Assembly: GCA_023259115.1 (NCBI GenBank)
Contig: JAHFQW010000005.1
Span: 2,091 to 66,090, forward strand
From: an archaeon
GTDB lineage: Archaea > Nanobdellota > Nanobdellia > Woesearchaeales > GW2011-AR9
Direction of reading: 5' to 3'
Length of the DNA: 64,000 nt
Below, piece by piece: positions 8,454 to 17,167 of the stretch; position 1 is the first letter of the stretch, and each line of letters begins with the position of its first letter. The notes beneath the pieces were generated by a model, which made no database searches, had not been told where the DNA came from, and worked only from the letters and a program-made list of their open reading frames with translations. Made by a program: the position numbers and the translations under genes.

Positions 8454-10319
8454 ATGATTTTAGGACGCATTATCGGCAAGATTAGTACGACGAATTTTTT
8501 GTTTGAGGTGAGTAGTGCAAAGACGAAGAAGTTTCAGTTTATCCAAGTGCATCATGCAGATTATGGGTTTGTGTTGGCGCAGGTGATGGAGTTAGAACGA
8601 ACGGCAGAGGAGATGATTGCGCGTTGTAATGTGATTGGGTATACGGATGTGGATGGAAGGTTGAAGGGATTGCGAACACCGTTTGCGAATAATACAGAGG
8701 TGTTGGAAGCAGAGGATTCGTTTATCAAGCGAGTGATTGAGCTAGGAGGAGAGGGAGGATTTTTAGGACATTTGGAGGGAAAGAATATTTCTGTGCATTT
8801 AGATCTGCAGAAAATTTTGACAAAGCATTTGTGTGTACTTGCGAAGTCGGGGGCAGGGAAGAGTTATGCGGTAGGAGTATTGGTTGAGGAGATTTTAGAT
8901 AAGAATGTGCCGTTAGTTATTATTGATCCACATGGGGAATATGCAGCAATGAAGTATCCGGTGCAAGCAGAGGAGGAGAAGTTGGCGCAGTGGGGATTGA
9001 GCGCAAAAGGGTATGGTTCACAGATACAGGAATATGGTGATATGAGTGTGAAGCAAGATATGAGGCCGCTGAAGTTGAATGAGAAGATGAATAGTTATGA
9101 GTTGATGAAGTTATTGCCAATTCAGCTGACGAGTACGCAAGAAGCGCTGCTATTTTCAGTTGTTAAGGATATGGAGGAAGTGAATTTTGATAATATCCTA
9201 CTAGGACTTGAGCAGTTGAATTCTTCGGGAAAATGGAGTATTATTGATACGATTATGTATCTACGGGATTTGAAGATTTTTTCAGCGTCGCCAACGCCAT
9301 TGCAGGAACTGGTGAAGCCAGGAAAATGTACGATTATTAATTTGAAAGGGATCACGCCGGAAGTGCAGGACGTGATTGTGTATAAATTACTGAAGGATTT
9401 GTTTCACGCACGCAAGCAGGAGAAAATACCGCCATTCTTTTGTGTGATTGAGGAAGCCCATAATTTTTGTCCAGAAAAAGGGTTTGGTAAAGCGAAGAGT
9501 TTGGAAGTGATACGATTGATTTCATCAGAAGGCCGTAAGTTTGGGTTGGGGTTATGTGTGGTGTCACAGCGACCGGCACTTGTGCAGAAGACGATATTGG
9601 CGCAGTGCAGTACACAGTTGATTATGAAAGTAACAAACCCCAATGATTTACGTTCACTGGTTGGTTCGATTGAAGGAATTACAGCAGAAACGGAGCAGGA
9701 GATTCAAAATTTGTCTGTAGGTTCGGCACTGTTGTGTGGATTTGTGGACCGACCGCTGGTTGTGACGATACGACCAAGACGGAGCAAACATGGAGGACAT
9801 GCAGTGGATATGTTGTCGGGTATGGTTGGTGATCATAGCAGCGCGGGGGCTTCAGAGGAGATGATGAAGAATCAAGAACATCAAGAGTATCATAAAAATG
9901 TGGTGGAAGAAAATAGGCGATTTGAGGAGAGAGGAGTGCTGCCGGTGATTTTACCTCAGGTGAGTTTGAAAGAGATTAAGATGATGGCGGAGAAACCTAT
10001 TTCTAAAATTACGACGTATCTAATTCCGGCGGTGTTGTTTGAATGTGATTTACGCGGTATTGAGTTTAAAGTGTTGGTGGATAAAGTAAAAGGTAAAGTG
10101 ATTATTGATCCGGATAAAGATGTGACGCAGGAAATGGCGCAGTTGAGTTATCGTAGTAATTTTCTGCGACCAATGGTGTTTCAGACAGTGGCATACGATG
10201 TGAAAATTGAGGAAAAATTGGCACGGGATATGTTACAGAAGAATGTGAATAAGTATTGCACGGTGAAAGATTTTAAAGAGTGTTTTGTGGTGTATCATAA
10301 AGTGGAATTGGGGAAGTGA
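8454..10319 (+). CDS. HerA/FtsK-superfamily (DUF87-type) ATPase with an uncharacterised C-terminal extension of about 170 aa
   Basis: Walker A in VLAKSGAGKSYAVG and Walker B in FFCVIEEAHNFCP. CVVSQRP..L...ILAQCSTQLIMKVTNPND is typical of HerA-like ATPases. The N-terminal region looks like a beta-barrel. Confidence 0.7.
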   Translation: MILGRIIGKISTTNFLFEVSSAKTKKFQFIQVHHADYGFVLAQVMELERTAEEMIARCNVIGYTDVDGRLKGLRTPFANNTEVLEAEDSFIKRVIELGGEGGFLGHLEGKNISVHLDLQKILTKHLCVLAKSGAGKSYAVGVLVEEILDKNVPLVIIDPHGEYAAMKYPVQAEEEKLAQWGLSAKGYGSQIQEYGDMSVKQDMRPLKLNEKMNSYELMKLLPIQLTSTQEALLFSVVKDMEEVNFDNILLGLEQLNSSGKWSIIDTIMYLRDLKIFSASPTPLQELVKPGKCTIINLKGITPEVQDVIVYKLLKDLFHARKQEKIPPFFCVIEEAHNFCPEKGFGKAKSLEVIRLISSEGRKFGLGLCVVSQRPALVQKTILAQCSTQLIMKVTNPNDLRSLVGSIEGITAETEQEIQNLSVGSALLCGFVDRPLVVTIRPRRSKHGGHAVDMLSGMVGDHSSAGASEEMMKNQEHQEYHKNVVEENRRFEERGVLPVILPQVSLKEIKMMAEKPISKITTYLIPAVLFECDLRGIEFKVLVDKVKGKVIIDPDKDVTQEMAQLSYRSNFLRPMVFQTVAYDVKIEEKLARDMLQKNVNKYCTVKDFKECFVVYHKVELGK

Positions 10320-10382
10320 GAGAATTTAGTGAAGAGAGGAATTCAGAGGAGAAGATGCGCAATGAATGGGTGCAGAGAGAAT

Positions 10383-11360
10383 TTATGCTTTTTTCTGGAA
10401 TGCTTTTTTGAGGAAATAGGATAAAATGCCAATAAAGAGAATTAGGACAATAGTTCCAAGAATGTTGACATGAGGGAGAAGAATTAGTTTATTTTGTAGA
10501 GAGTAAAAATATTGTTTCGTGTTGAAGAAGTCCCAAGTATTTACAATTTCTGTTCCTTGGAAGAGGATCATGATGATACCTACTAAGAGTAAGAGTATAC
10601 CTGAGATGAGATTAGTTGTGTGAATTTCGAGGGGTTTATGGAAGAGATTGAATGTAATCATTTTGCCTTTGATAAATCTAGATTCAGAGAGGTGAAATTT
10701 ATCGTAGAAGAAAGAGAGGAGGAATAAAGGTACAAGGTTGCCTAACGAGTAGAAGAACATTAAGAGGGCAGCGTGTCCTATGTTTCCTAATATGGCACCT
10801 ATGCCTAGAATGCCTGCCAAGATTGGGCCTACACAGGCGGTCCAGCCGAGAGCAAAGGCGATGCCCATGAGGAAGACACCGGGGATGTCATTAGAAAATT
10901 TTTTGTTGAGATGAATGAGAGAAGAGAAACCGATTCCGAGCAATGTGAGTATGCCTAGAAAGAAGAGAAGCATTCCTCCGAGGATGGCTATCCAACTTTG
11001 TTGGATGATGGCTAGTGATTGTTCTCCAATAAATCCGGCGATGATGCCTAAGAGCACAAAGATGAGAGAGAAGCCAAGGAAGAAAATACAAGTCATGAGG
11101 GTGATGTTCTTCTTTTCTTTGAATGTGTAGGAAAAATACGCAGGAAGAAAAGGAAGAATACAAGGAGAGAGGATGCCCAGCATGCCTGCGACAAACGCGA
11201 TGAGAAATGAAATTTTTAACGAGAAATCAGTGGAGTATTGTTTGTTGTAGTCAATAATTTTTTGAAGGTTGGGAGGGAGAGAAGATTGGGCTATGACTAG
11301 AGTTGTAGTTGAAAGAAATAGAATTGAAAAAATGAATAAAAGAGAAATGTATTTTTTCAT
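10383..11360 (-). CDS. ccdA: CcdA/DsbD-family transmembrane thiol-disulfide electron transporter
   Basis: Polytopic membrane protein. It carries LSPCILPFLPAYFSY and a second conserved Cys in GWTACVGPIL, the CcdA signature. Confidence 0.75.
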   Translation of the reverse strand: MKKYISLLFIFSILFLSTTTLVIAQSSLPPNLQKIIDYNKQYSTDFSLKISFLIAFVAGMLGILSPCILPFLPAYFSYTFKEKKNITLMTCIFFLGFSLIFVLLGIIAGFIGEQSLAIIQQSWIAILGGMLLFFLGILTLLGIGFSSLIHLNKKFSNDIPGVFLMGIAFALGWTACVGPILAGILGIGAILGNIGHAALLMFFYSLGNLVPLFLLSFFYDKFHLSESRFIKGKMITFNLFHKPLEIHTTNLISGILLLLVGIIMILFQGTEIVNTWDFFNTKQYFYSLQNKLILLPHVNILGTIVLILFIGILSYFLKKAFQKKA

Positions 11361-11383
11361 GTCTTTCTATCTGCCCACCCGAT

Positions 11384-12661
11384 CTACCCACTTGCTGGGG
11401 AGGGATTTTGGGATGTAGGAACTGTTTGAACAGCTGCTTTGGAAGAAGATGCAGGAGTTGTTGCAGCACTTGGAGCAGTTGCGGGGACGGGAGTAATTAC
11501 TTTTTTCTGCACGAGATCTTTGTAGGGCTGTTCGAAGATCTCGATGTTACGCAGAACATATGTGCCATCTGATTCAACAGAGCCGACTTCTTTCCATACT
11601 TTGGTTAAACTGGGATAGGTGTCGGTGTCGCCAGTGAGCACGATGGTAGGAATTTTAGTGATTTTGTATTTTGTGATCAGACCTTGAGCTTGAGGGGAAT
11701 AGATATCTACCGTTTTTTCTTGGTCTAAGGTTAGTCCCAATTGGCGTAAGATGAGACGATTGATGGAGACGTTGTAACATTCTTTGCAGGAATTGTCTTG
11801 CAGATAGGTGACGCTGACAAGTCCTTTTACTTTGCCTTGAGGAATGCTATAATACGGAGGATTGACGTTACGCATGACGAGAGAGCCGTCTGATTCAATA
11901 GTGCCAACGTTGTTCCATACTTGAGTAATAGTGGGATACAGAACAGCTTCTTGGTCAAAGATTAAGGTGGGTACAATGGAGATGTTGTATTTTTTTGTGA
12001 GAGTCTTACCTTCTGAGGAGTCGACGTCAATATTTTTTACGTCTTTGATACTCATTTGTTTTTTGAGGAGTTCAAGTAGAGTTGTCATATTGGAACATTG
12101 AACACAATTCGATTTCTGAAGTGAGATGACGGATATGCGACCACGTACTTGGCCGTTGGAAGGATCAAAGTAAGGGGGCATGGGGGAAGGAAGAATGTAA
12201 TTGCCGTCTTGCGATGTGCCTAATTGACTCAGAAGCGTTGAGAGTTGGGTGGATTTTTCAACTTCGCCTTTGATAATTATGGCGGGCAGCCGAGTAATTT
12301 TATATTTATTGACAAATGCTTGAGCACTACTACTGGAGTAATCGAGATTGGTTTTATCTTTTATTTCTACACCAAGAGATTCTATTTTAGTGATGAGGCT
12401 GGCTATATCAAAGCAATCGGTACAAGAGTTAACAGTGATTATGGCTAATTCGATTTGAGGTTTAGCGACAGCGGTAGGACTTGGAGTGGTGAAATGGGTT
12501 TTGAGGGTTGATACTTCCCAGAGGTTGAGAAGAGTGAGGGCGATGGCGATGATGCCTAAGAGATAAAATAAATGAGTGTATGTAAAAGAAGTTTTCTTAG
12601 GCGGGTTAGGTTGATGATGAGGTTGATGTTGCGGTTGTTCATGTTCTTTATGTTCGTCCAT
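11384..12661 (-). CDS. membrane-anchored protein with three tandem thioredoxin-fold CxxC domains
   Basis: His-rich N-terminus, then one TM helix. Three repeats of about 100 aa follow, each with a CxxC motif (NSCTDCFD, SNCVQCSN, NSCKECYN) and a (K/N)(Y)(K/N)I(T/S)..PT(I/L) cis-Pro-like motif. Confidence 0.7.
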   Translation of the reverse strand: MDEHKEHEQPQHQPHHQPNPPKKTSFTYTHLFYLLGIIAIALTLLNLWEVSTLKTHFTTPSPTAVAKPQIELAIITVNSCTDCFDIASLITKIESLGVEIKDKTNLDYSSSSAQAFVNKYKITRLPAIIIKGEVEKSTQLSTLLSQLGTSQDGNYILPSPMPPYFDPSNGQVRGRISVISLQKSNCVQCSNMTTLLELLKKQMSIKDVKNIDVDSSEGKTLTKKYNISIVPTLIFDQEAVLYPTITQVWNNVGTIESDGSLVMRNVNPPYYSIPQGKVKGLVSVTYLQDNSCKECYNVSINRLILRQLGLTLDQEKTVDIYSPQAQGLITKYKITKIPTIVLTGDTDTYPSLTKVWKEVGSVESDGTYVLRNIEIFEQPYKDLVQKKVITPVPATAPSAATTPASSSKAAVQTVPTSQNPSPASG

Positions 12662-12757
12662 GGTAATTATCTCCTGTATTTTTGATTTTGTTTGGGTGTT
12701 TTTAATTTTGTTTGAATCAATGATGAATATGAAAAAAGAAGAGATTTAAAAAAAGAA

Positions 12758-12982
12758 TTAACAGCCTCCAACCATTTTTGGAAGTTCTTTGACGCTGCTA
12801 GGTACTTGGCCGACTTGCTTGCCACTGCTTGCGGTGACAGAAGGACCAGCACCAGAAGTAGAACCTACTTTAAAGTTGCCGGTTGAGACTTTTTCTTTCA
12901 AACTGTATAGTTGTACGGCTTGAACGACTGAGACAAGTACGAGTACGCCTAAGATTAAAGCAATTATTGTTTTTTGTTCCAT
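12758..12982 (-). CDS. small single-TM protein ending in KELPKMVGGC
   Basis: 74-aa ORF with an N-terminal TM helix and a Ser/Gly-rich linker. The C-terminal residues ELPKMVGGC precede the stop and were verified from the DNA. Confidence 0.6.
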   Translation of the reverse strand: MEQKTIIALILGVLVLVSVVQAVQLYSLKEKVSTGNFKVGSTSGAGPSVTASSGKQVGQVPSSVKELPKMVGGC

Positions 12983-13075
12983 TGAAATTATCCTCCTTTG
13001 TTGACTTTGGTTTTTAGGTTTAATTATTTTATTAAGCTTATGTCTAATATTGAGTTTAATGGGTGTATATTGTTT

Positions 13076-13927
13076 TTAACAACCACCAACCATTCCAGGG
13101 AGTTCTTTTAATTGTGAAGCGTCTTTGCCAGCAACAGTTAAGCCGAGTTCGACCATGTTTTTGGGAAAGAACAATGTTTTCCATTTCATTACTTCACGTA
13201 AGATTTCAGCATCAGTATAATCAGTGTATGCGCTTAAGTAGAGAGCGATGCTGAGCAAGGCAGGATTGTGTTGACAACCACAAAGAGAGTTGCCATTTTT
13301 ATCCACACCAATTGGTCCGACACCACAACAGTATTCGCAGGAAATACCTACGGGTTTTGTTGCGAGATTGATGAAGCGCTGCCAGGCTTGAGGGTTGTTT
13401 TTTTGGACTTCGACTTTTAAGCCATTGTACATAGAAGCTAGAGTGGATAGTGAGGCGACGGGGTCGTCATAACTTATACCAAGAGCTTGACCATAATCTG
13501 GAGTGCCAGAGGGGAACATTATTGCGATAACATCATCTTGGGTCTGAACTTTTTCTAAAGGGAATACGGCGGCAACGACATGGGCGGTAGATTTTAAACT
13601 GGTTATATCTACCGTTGCGAGGTCTTTGCCACCAGTTACGGTAAATGATTGGGATGATGAACCAAAAAAGTAGCCATTGCCAAGTTGCGCAGAAACGGTG
13701 CTTATCAGTACTTGATTGGAGAGGATAACGATGATGGCAAGAGCAAGTAAAGAGATAATCCAAGGGCTGAAGAGAGAATTTTGTGAATGGTGAGAGGTGG
13801 GGGCTTGTGCTTGCGTATGTGATTCATCATGTGAAGAGATAGGATGTGAATGAATTGGTTTTGCTGATGATTCTTTTGATTTGATCATAGTATCTACCTC
13901 GTGTGCTTTTTCGTTTATTTTTTTCAC
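13076..13927 (-). CDS. membrane-anchored Cys-rich protein ending in KELPGMVGGC
   Basis: His-rich N-terminus and one TM helix. Cys cluster SCEYCCGVGP...CGCQH. The C-terminus ELPGMVGGC is followed by a stop. The start is GTG 13927 or ATG 13888. Confidence 0.6.
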   Translation of the reverse strand: MKKINEKAHEVDTMIKSKESSAKPIHSHPISSHDESHTQAQAPTSHHSQNSLFSPWIISLLALAIIVILSNQVLISTVSAQLGNGYFFGSSSQSFTVTGGKDLATVDITSLKSTAHVVAAVFPLEKVQTQDDVIAIMFPSGTPDYGQALGISYDDPVASLSTLASMYNGLKVEVQKNNPQAWQRFINLATKPVGISCEYCCGVGPIGVDKNGNSLCGCQHNPALLSIALYLSAYTDYTDAEILREVMKWKTLFFPKNMVELGLTVAGKDASQLKELPGMVGGC

Positions 13928-14001
13928 TTTATTTATTATAGGGATTACGAGTGGTTTTTATATCTTATGGTGCTCGCTTATATAGATTGGTCTCCCTCAG
14001 A

Positions 14002-14010
14002 TTTATAAAT
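14002..14010 (+). promoter_or_regulatory. TATA-box-like element
   Basis: TTTATAAAT ends 24 nt before the ATG at 14034, which implies a leaderless or short-leader transcript. Confidence 0.4.
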
Positions 14011-14033
14011 AAGTAGTTGCTTAGGATTAGAAA

Positions 14034-14498
14034 ATGATTACGAAGAGAGTTAGATTTGCTGTGCTTTTGGTGTTGCTTGCAGTGCTATTGGGAGTCTTTT
14101 TAGTTGGTTGTGCATCTACACAGGATGTGTTGAATGTGAATTTGCGCGACCATAGTAATTTGGCAGTGCATGTGCATCCCATTTTGGCAATAGAGATTCA
14201 AGGAGGAAAATATACGATTCCAGCGAATATGGGTATTAGTGATACGGGGATGAGAGTGATTCATACGCATGATGATACGGGAAAATTACATGTGGAGTCA
14301 CCCTATCCGCACCAATTCTTTTTGAGGGATGTATTTGCGGTGTGGGGTTGGACATGGAGTGAGAAAGAGTTTATGGGACACCCTATTACGCCTGAGCATA
14401 CGGTGTTGGTGTATGTGAATGGAGCATTGTATGAAGGGCCAAAACCAGGTGATTTACCGCTCGATGATGCAGAGGAGATTAAGATAGTCTATAATTAA
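14034..14498 (+). CDS. secreted or lipoprotein-like protein with His-rich motifs, function unknown
   Basis: Signal peptide with VGCAST. Motifs HVHPILAIEI, VIHTHDDTGKLHVE and FAVWG. Confidence 0.5.
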   Translation: MITKRVRFAVLLVLLAVLLGVFLVGCASTQDVLNVNLRDHSNLAVHVHPILAIEIQGGKYTIPANMGISDTGMRVIHTHDDTGKLHVESPYPHQFFLRDVFAVWGWTWSEKEFMGHPITPEHTVLVYVNGALYEGPKPGDLPLDDAEEIKIVYN

Positions 14499-14558
14499 TG
14501 GAAGAAGATTTTATGGAAACGACAAGAGGGTGTTTTTGATTTAATTGAGGTGTTTGCT

Positions 14559-14942
14559 ATGAATAAGAGATTGTTGTTATTTGGATTGTTGATGATTGTT
14601 TTGCAGTTTGTTTTGGTTGCGGCACATGGGATGGAAGAAGATGATGTACCAGTAATGAATGTGCCCATGATGATAACAGAACATGGGTTGAGTGTGGTGT
14701 TTGCGGTTGTTGCGTTAGTTCTAGGACTGATGGCATTTAGACGATTAGATTCGCATAAAGATGTGGCATTGTATTTTGTGTTGGCAGTGGGTATATTAGG
14801 AATAATTCATATTTTAGAATTACTTATTGAGGTGTTAGGAGTGATTATTTTGTCTGATACGACGATGGGATATATAGAACATATTTTAACATATATTAGT
14901 TTGGTTATGATGGCAATCGGATTTTATAAATGGAGAAACTAA
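14559..14942 (+). CDS. small polytopic membrane protein
   Basis: Hydrophobic ORF. ATG at 14559, inside the GTG-started track ORF. Confidence 0.45.
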   Translation: MNKRLLLFGLLMIVLQFVLVAAHGMEEDDVPVMNVPMMITEHGLSVVFAVVALVLGLMAFRRLDSHKDVALYFVLAVGILGIIHILELLIEVLGVIILSDTTMGYIEHILTYISLVMMAIGFYKWRN

Positions 14943-15544
14943 GAAAAGTATATGTTTTACCAATTGGACTATTTGTGTTGGCAGTAGTTGTTGTGGGGGC
15001 ATTGATTTGGCATGAGCGAGATGTACGTGAAGCGCGAGCACAGGATATTTTAAAAGAGATTGAGAGATTAGGTACATTGCCTCAGACGAAATATGTATAT
15101 GATGGTTTAGAGGAGAAAGATTTAAGGAATTTAAATCTGTTGACGGTTTCTGATAGGCATGCGGCGGGATTTGTAGAAGAAGCGATGTGGATGATTCGAC
15201 ATAATGAAACAGATCATGTGGGGCATTCTCTTTATTTTTTACAAGAGTATGAAAAAACGGGCGAGGATAGTATTTGTATCCCGCATGAGTTGACGCATAT
15301 ACGATTGTATGTCAAAGATAGGGATTATGAGTTGGCAGAGAAACAGTTCCAGCTTGTGGAGAAAACGAAGAATACATGGGTTGGTGAAGGAGAGAAGAAG
15401 TTTGCGAAGTTTCCCCCCTACTATGAGCAATTCAAGGAATTACTGCCGTTGATAGATACAGCAGTTGAGAGATTGCAGGAGAAGAAGTATGATAACGAGA
15501 CAATACAGTTGTTAGGAGAGATTGAGGAGAAAGAAGTGTGTTAG
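14930..15544 (+). CDS. membrane-anchored hypothetical protein
   Basis: N-terminal TM helix. Contains HELTH and ends in a C-terminal Cys. There is no further support for a function. Confidence 0.45.
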   Translation: MEKLRKVYVLPIGLFVLAVVVVGALIWHERDVREARAQDILKEIERLGTLPQTKYVYDGLEEKDLRNLNLLTVSDRHAAGFVEEAMWMIRHNETDHVGHSLYFLQEYEKTGEDSICIPHELTHIRLYVKDRDYELAEKQFQLVEKTKNTWVGEGEKKFAKFPPYYEQFKELLPLIDTAVERLQEKKYDNETIQLLGEIEEKEVC

Positions 15545-16407
15545 ATAGTGTTTTCTTTTGCTGTTTGTATTAATTTTCTATACTTTTCAAAATCAATTTC
15601 CGCGTACGTTCGATAATCGATTGGTATGCTAGAAAAAGCTAATTGTGTGGCACTCCATGCGGCTTCGCGTAATGCGACCACGGCTTTCATGAGTTGTATC
15701 TCTTGAAATAAATCTTCCCGACCATATTCTTTGAGTAAGAGCAAATCTTCTCTTTTTTCGAATGATCCTTTGTACGAAAGCATGGCGAGATCGAAGCGAA
15801 AATCGGAGTTTACAGAATATTCCCAATCGATAATTTTAATTTTATTTTGGTATATGATAATATTCTCAATCATAAGATCCATGTGACAAGGCACATTCTT
15901 ATATGGTCCAACTTTTTTCTGTATATCCTTCAGATCAAGTAATAAACTATCTATGTCTTGTGGCAACCAACTTTCTTTTTGTTTAACTAATTGGATAACG
16001 CGTTGAATCCATTTAAAAGGATTATCGGTTCCTTGGAAACCATTACTCTGATGAAGTTGGTGTAACGTTTTTGCGAGGCGTTTGATCATCTGTGGTTTTC
16101 TTGCGAGTTGAGGATTGCATGTTTTTCCTGAGAGGTATTTTAAGAGGAGTAAGTTGTATTCTGGAAAATAGGCTTCATATTCTGGTCCAATTCCCAGTTT
16201 AGTGGTGGCTTTGGTGTTACAAATCTCTCTATCTCTCTCTAGTCCTAAAAATGTGTTAGAAGCAGGAGCAAAGCGTGCGACGTATCTTTTTTTTCCAACT
16301 TTTATCACGTAGTTGATATTAGTGAGGCCGCCTTGTAACTTTGAGATCTGAACTGGTTGCGTCCAGATAGGCAAACTTCCCAGAATTTTTTCATAGTCTA
16401 GTACCAT
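15541..16407 (-). CDS. choline/ethanolamine kinase or aminoglycoside-phosphotransferase-family kinase
   Basis: The catalytic-loop motif HMDLMIENIII followed by IKIIDWEYS is typical of the APH/ChoK fold. Confidence 0.6.
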   Translation of the reverse strand: MVLDYEKILGSLPIWTQPVQISKLQGGLTNINYVIKVGKKRYVARFAPASNTFLGLERDREICNTKATTKLGIGPEYEAYFPEYNLLLLKYLSGKTCNPQLARKPQMIKRLAKTLHQLHQSNGFQGTDNPFKWIQRVIQLVKQKESWLPQDIDSLLLDLKDIQKKVGPYKNVPCHMDLMIENIIIYQNKIKIIDWEYSVNSDFRFDLAMLSYKGSFEKREDLLLLKEYGREDLFQEIQLMKAVVALREAAWSATQLAFSSIPIDYRTYAEIDFEKYRKLIQTAKENTI

Positions 16408-16411
16408 TTTT

Positions 16412-16834
16412 CTAATTTATAGAACAGCCTGTTGCGGCAGCTAGGGTATCAAAACTTTGCACTTTTTCATACCATTTGCCGTTGATGACCCATGTAGGAC
16501 GAGTTTTTAATCCTGCAAGTTCGGATTCGTCATGGTAGTTGATGTAATGGAATGATTTGCCAAACATATTCGCTTGGCCTTGAGTGTATTTGCACCACTG
16601 AATGGCACCATACATTACGGCACCTTTTTGGGTTAGGCATTTGGCAAAGTTGTCGTAGGGACCGGGCTGGGTGTAATAGATATAGGCATATGTGCCGGCG
16701 CTGAGGAGAATTATGACTAAAATGGAAGAGGTTATCATGAGAATTTTATGGATTTTTGATGCTTTATGCTTTGCTTCCTGTTGGAACAGGTCTTCGCGTT
16801 GTTTTTGATATTCTTGGTGTGGGTTTTGTGACAT
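16412..16834 (-). CDS. membrane-anchored thioredoxin-like protein of the VKOR-partner type, with a CxxT monothiol motif
   Basis: FAKCL..GAVMYGAIQWCKYTQGQANMFG...TRPTWVINGK...ATGC resembles Trx-like domains fused to or partnered with VKOR. The usual WCPHC is WCKYT here. The start was trimmed to the ATG at 16834. Confidence 0.6.
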   Translation of the reverse strand: MSQNPHQEYQKQREDLFQQEAKHKASKIHKILMITSSILVIILLSAGTYAYIYYTQPGPYDNFAKCLTQKGAVMYGAIQWCKYTQGQANMFGKSFHYINYHDESELAGLKTRPTWVINGKWYEKVQSFDTLAAATGCSIN

Positions 16835-16904
16835 GATACATAGTTTATATTTTTGATAGGGGGGATTATAATTAAAAAAATAAATTGAAAAATAAATTGA
16901 ATGA

Positions 16905-17051
16905 CTAGCCGCAGCCGCCACCAATTGGACCGGTGGGAGCTGTTGCAGGAGCGCTTTGGGTTGTACAACTGACAAGTACAAAAAGCGCACTAAGAAGCAC
17001 CACCATCATTATTTGATATTTATGAGCAACGATCCATTGTTTTATATTCAT
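16905..17051 (-). CDS. 48-aa lipoprotein-like peptide ending in GGGCG
   Basis: Below the ORF-track size cutoff. Hand translation gives MNIKQWIVAHKYQIMMVVLLSALFVLVSCTTQSAPATAPTGPIGGGCG followed by a stop. Confidence 0.4.
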   Translation of the reverse strand: MNIKQWIVAHKYQIMMVVLLSALFVLVSCTTQSAPATAPTGPIGGGCG

Positions 17052-17167
17052 ATAGAGACACCTCAATTGTTTTTTGTTTTGAAAGAGAGAGGGATTTATT
17101 AAAGTTGTGGAGTTGGAAGGAGATAACTACCATAGGTTTTTTAAATAAGAACAAATGAGGATAGAAA

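Noticed and set aside
8454-10319. The HerA-like ATPase as the assembly motor for the pilin-like locus
   Set aside because: Type IV pilus and archaellum motors are PilB/FlaI-family ATPases, not HerA/FtsK-type. The gene is also 27 kb away from the locus on the opposite strand.
14930-15544. Zinc metalloprotease call based on HELTH (HExxH)
   Set aside because: A single five-residue match, without a third ligand motif or any recognisable protease-family context, is too weak. The gene is left as hypothetical.
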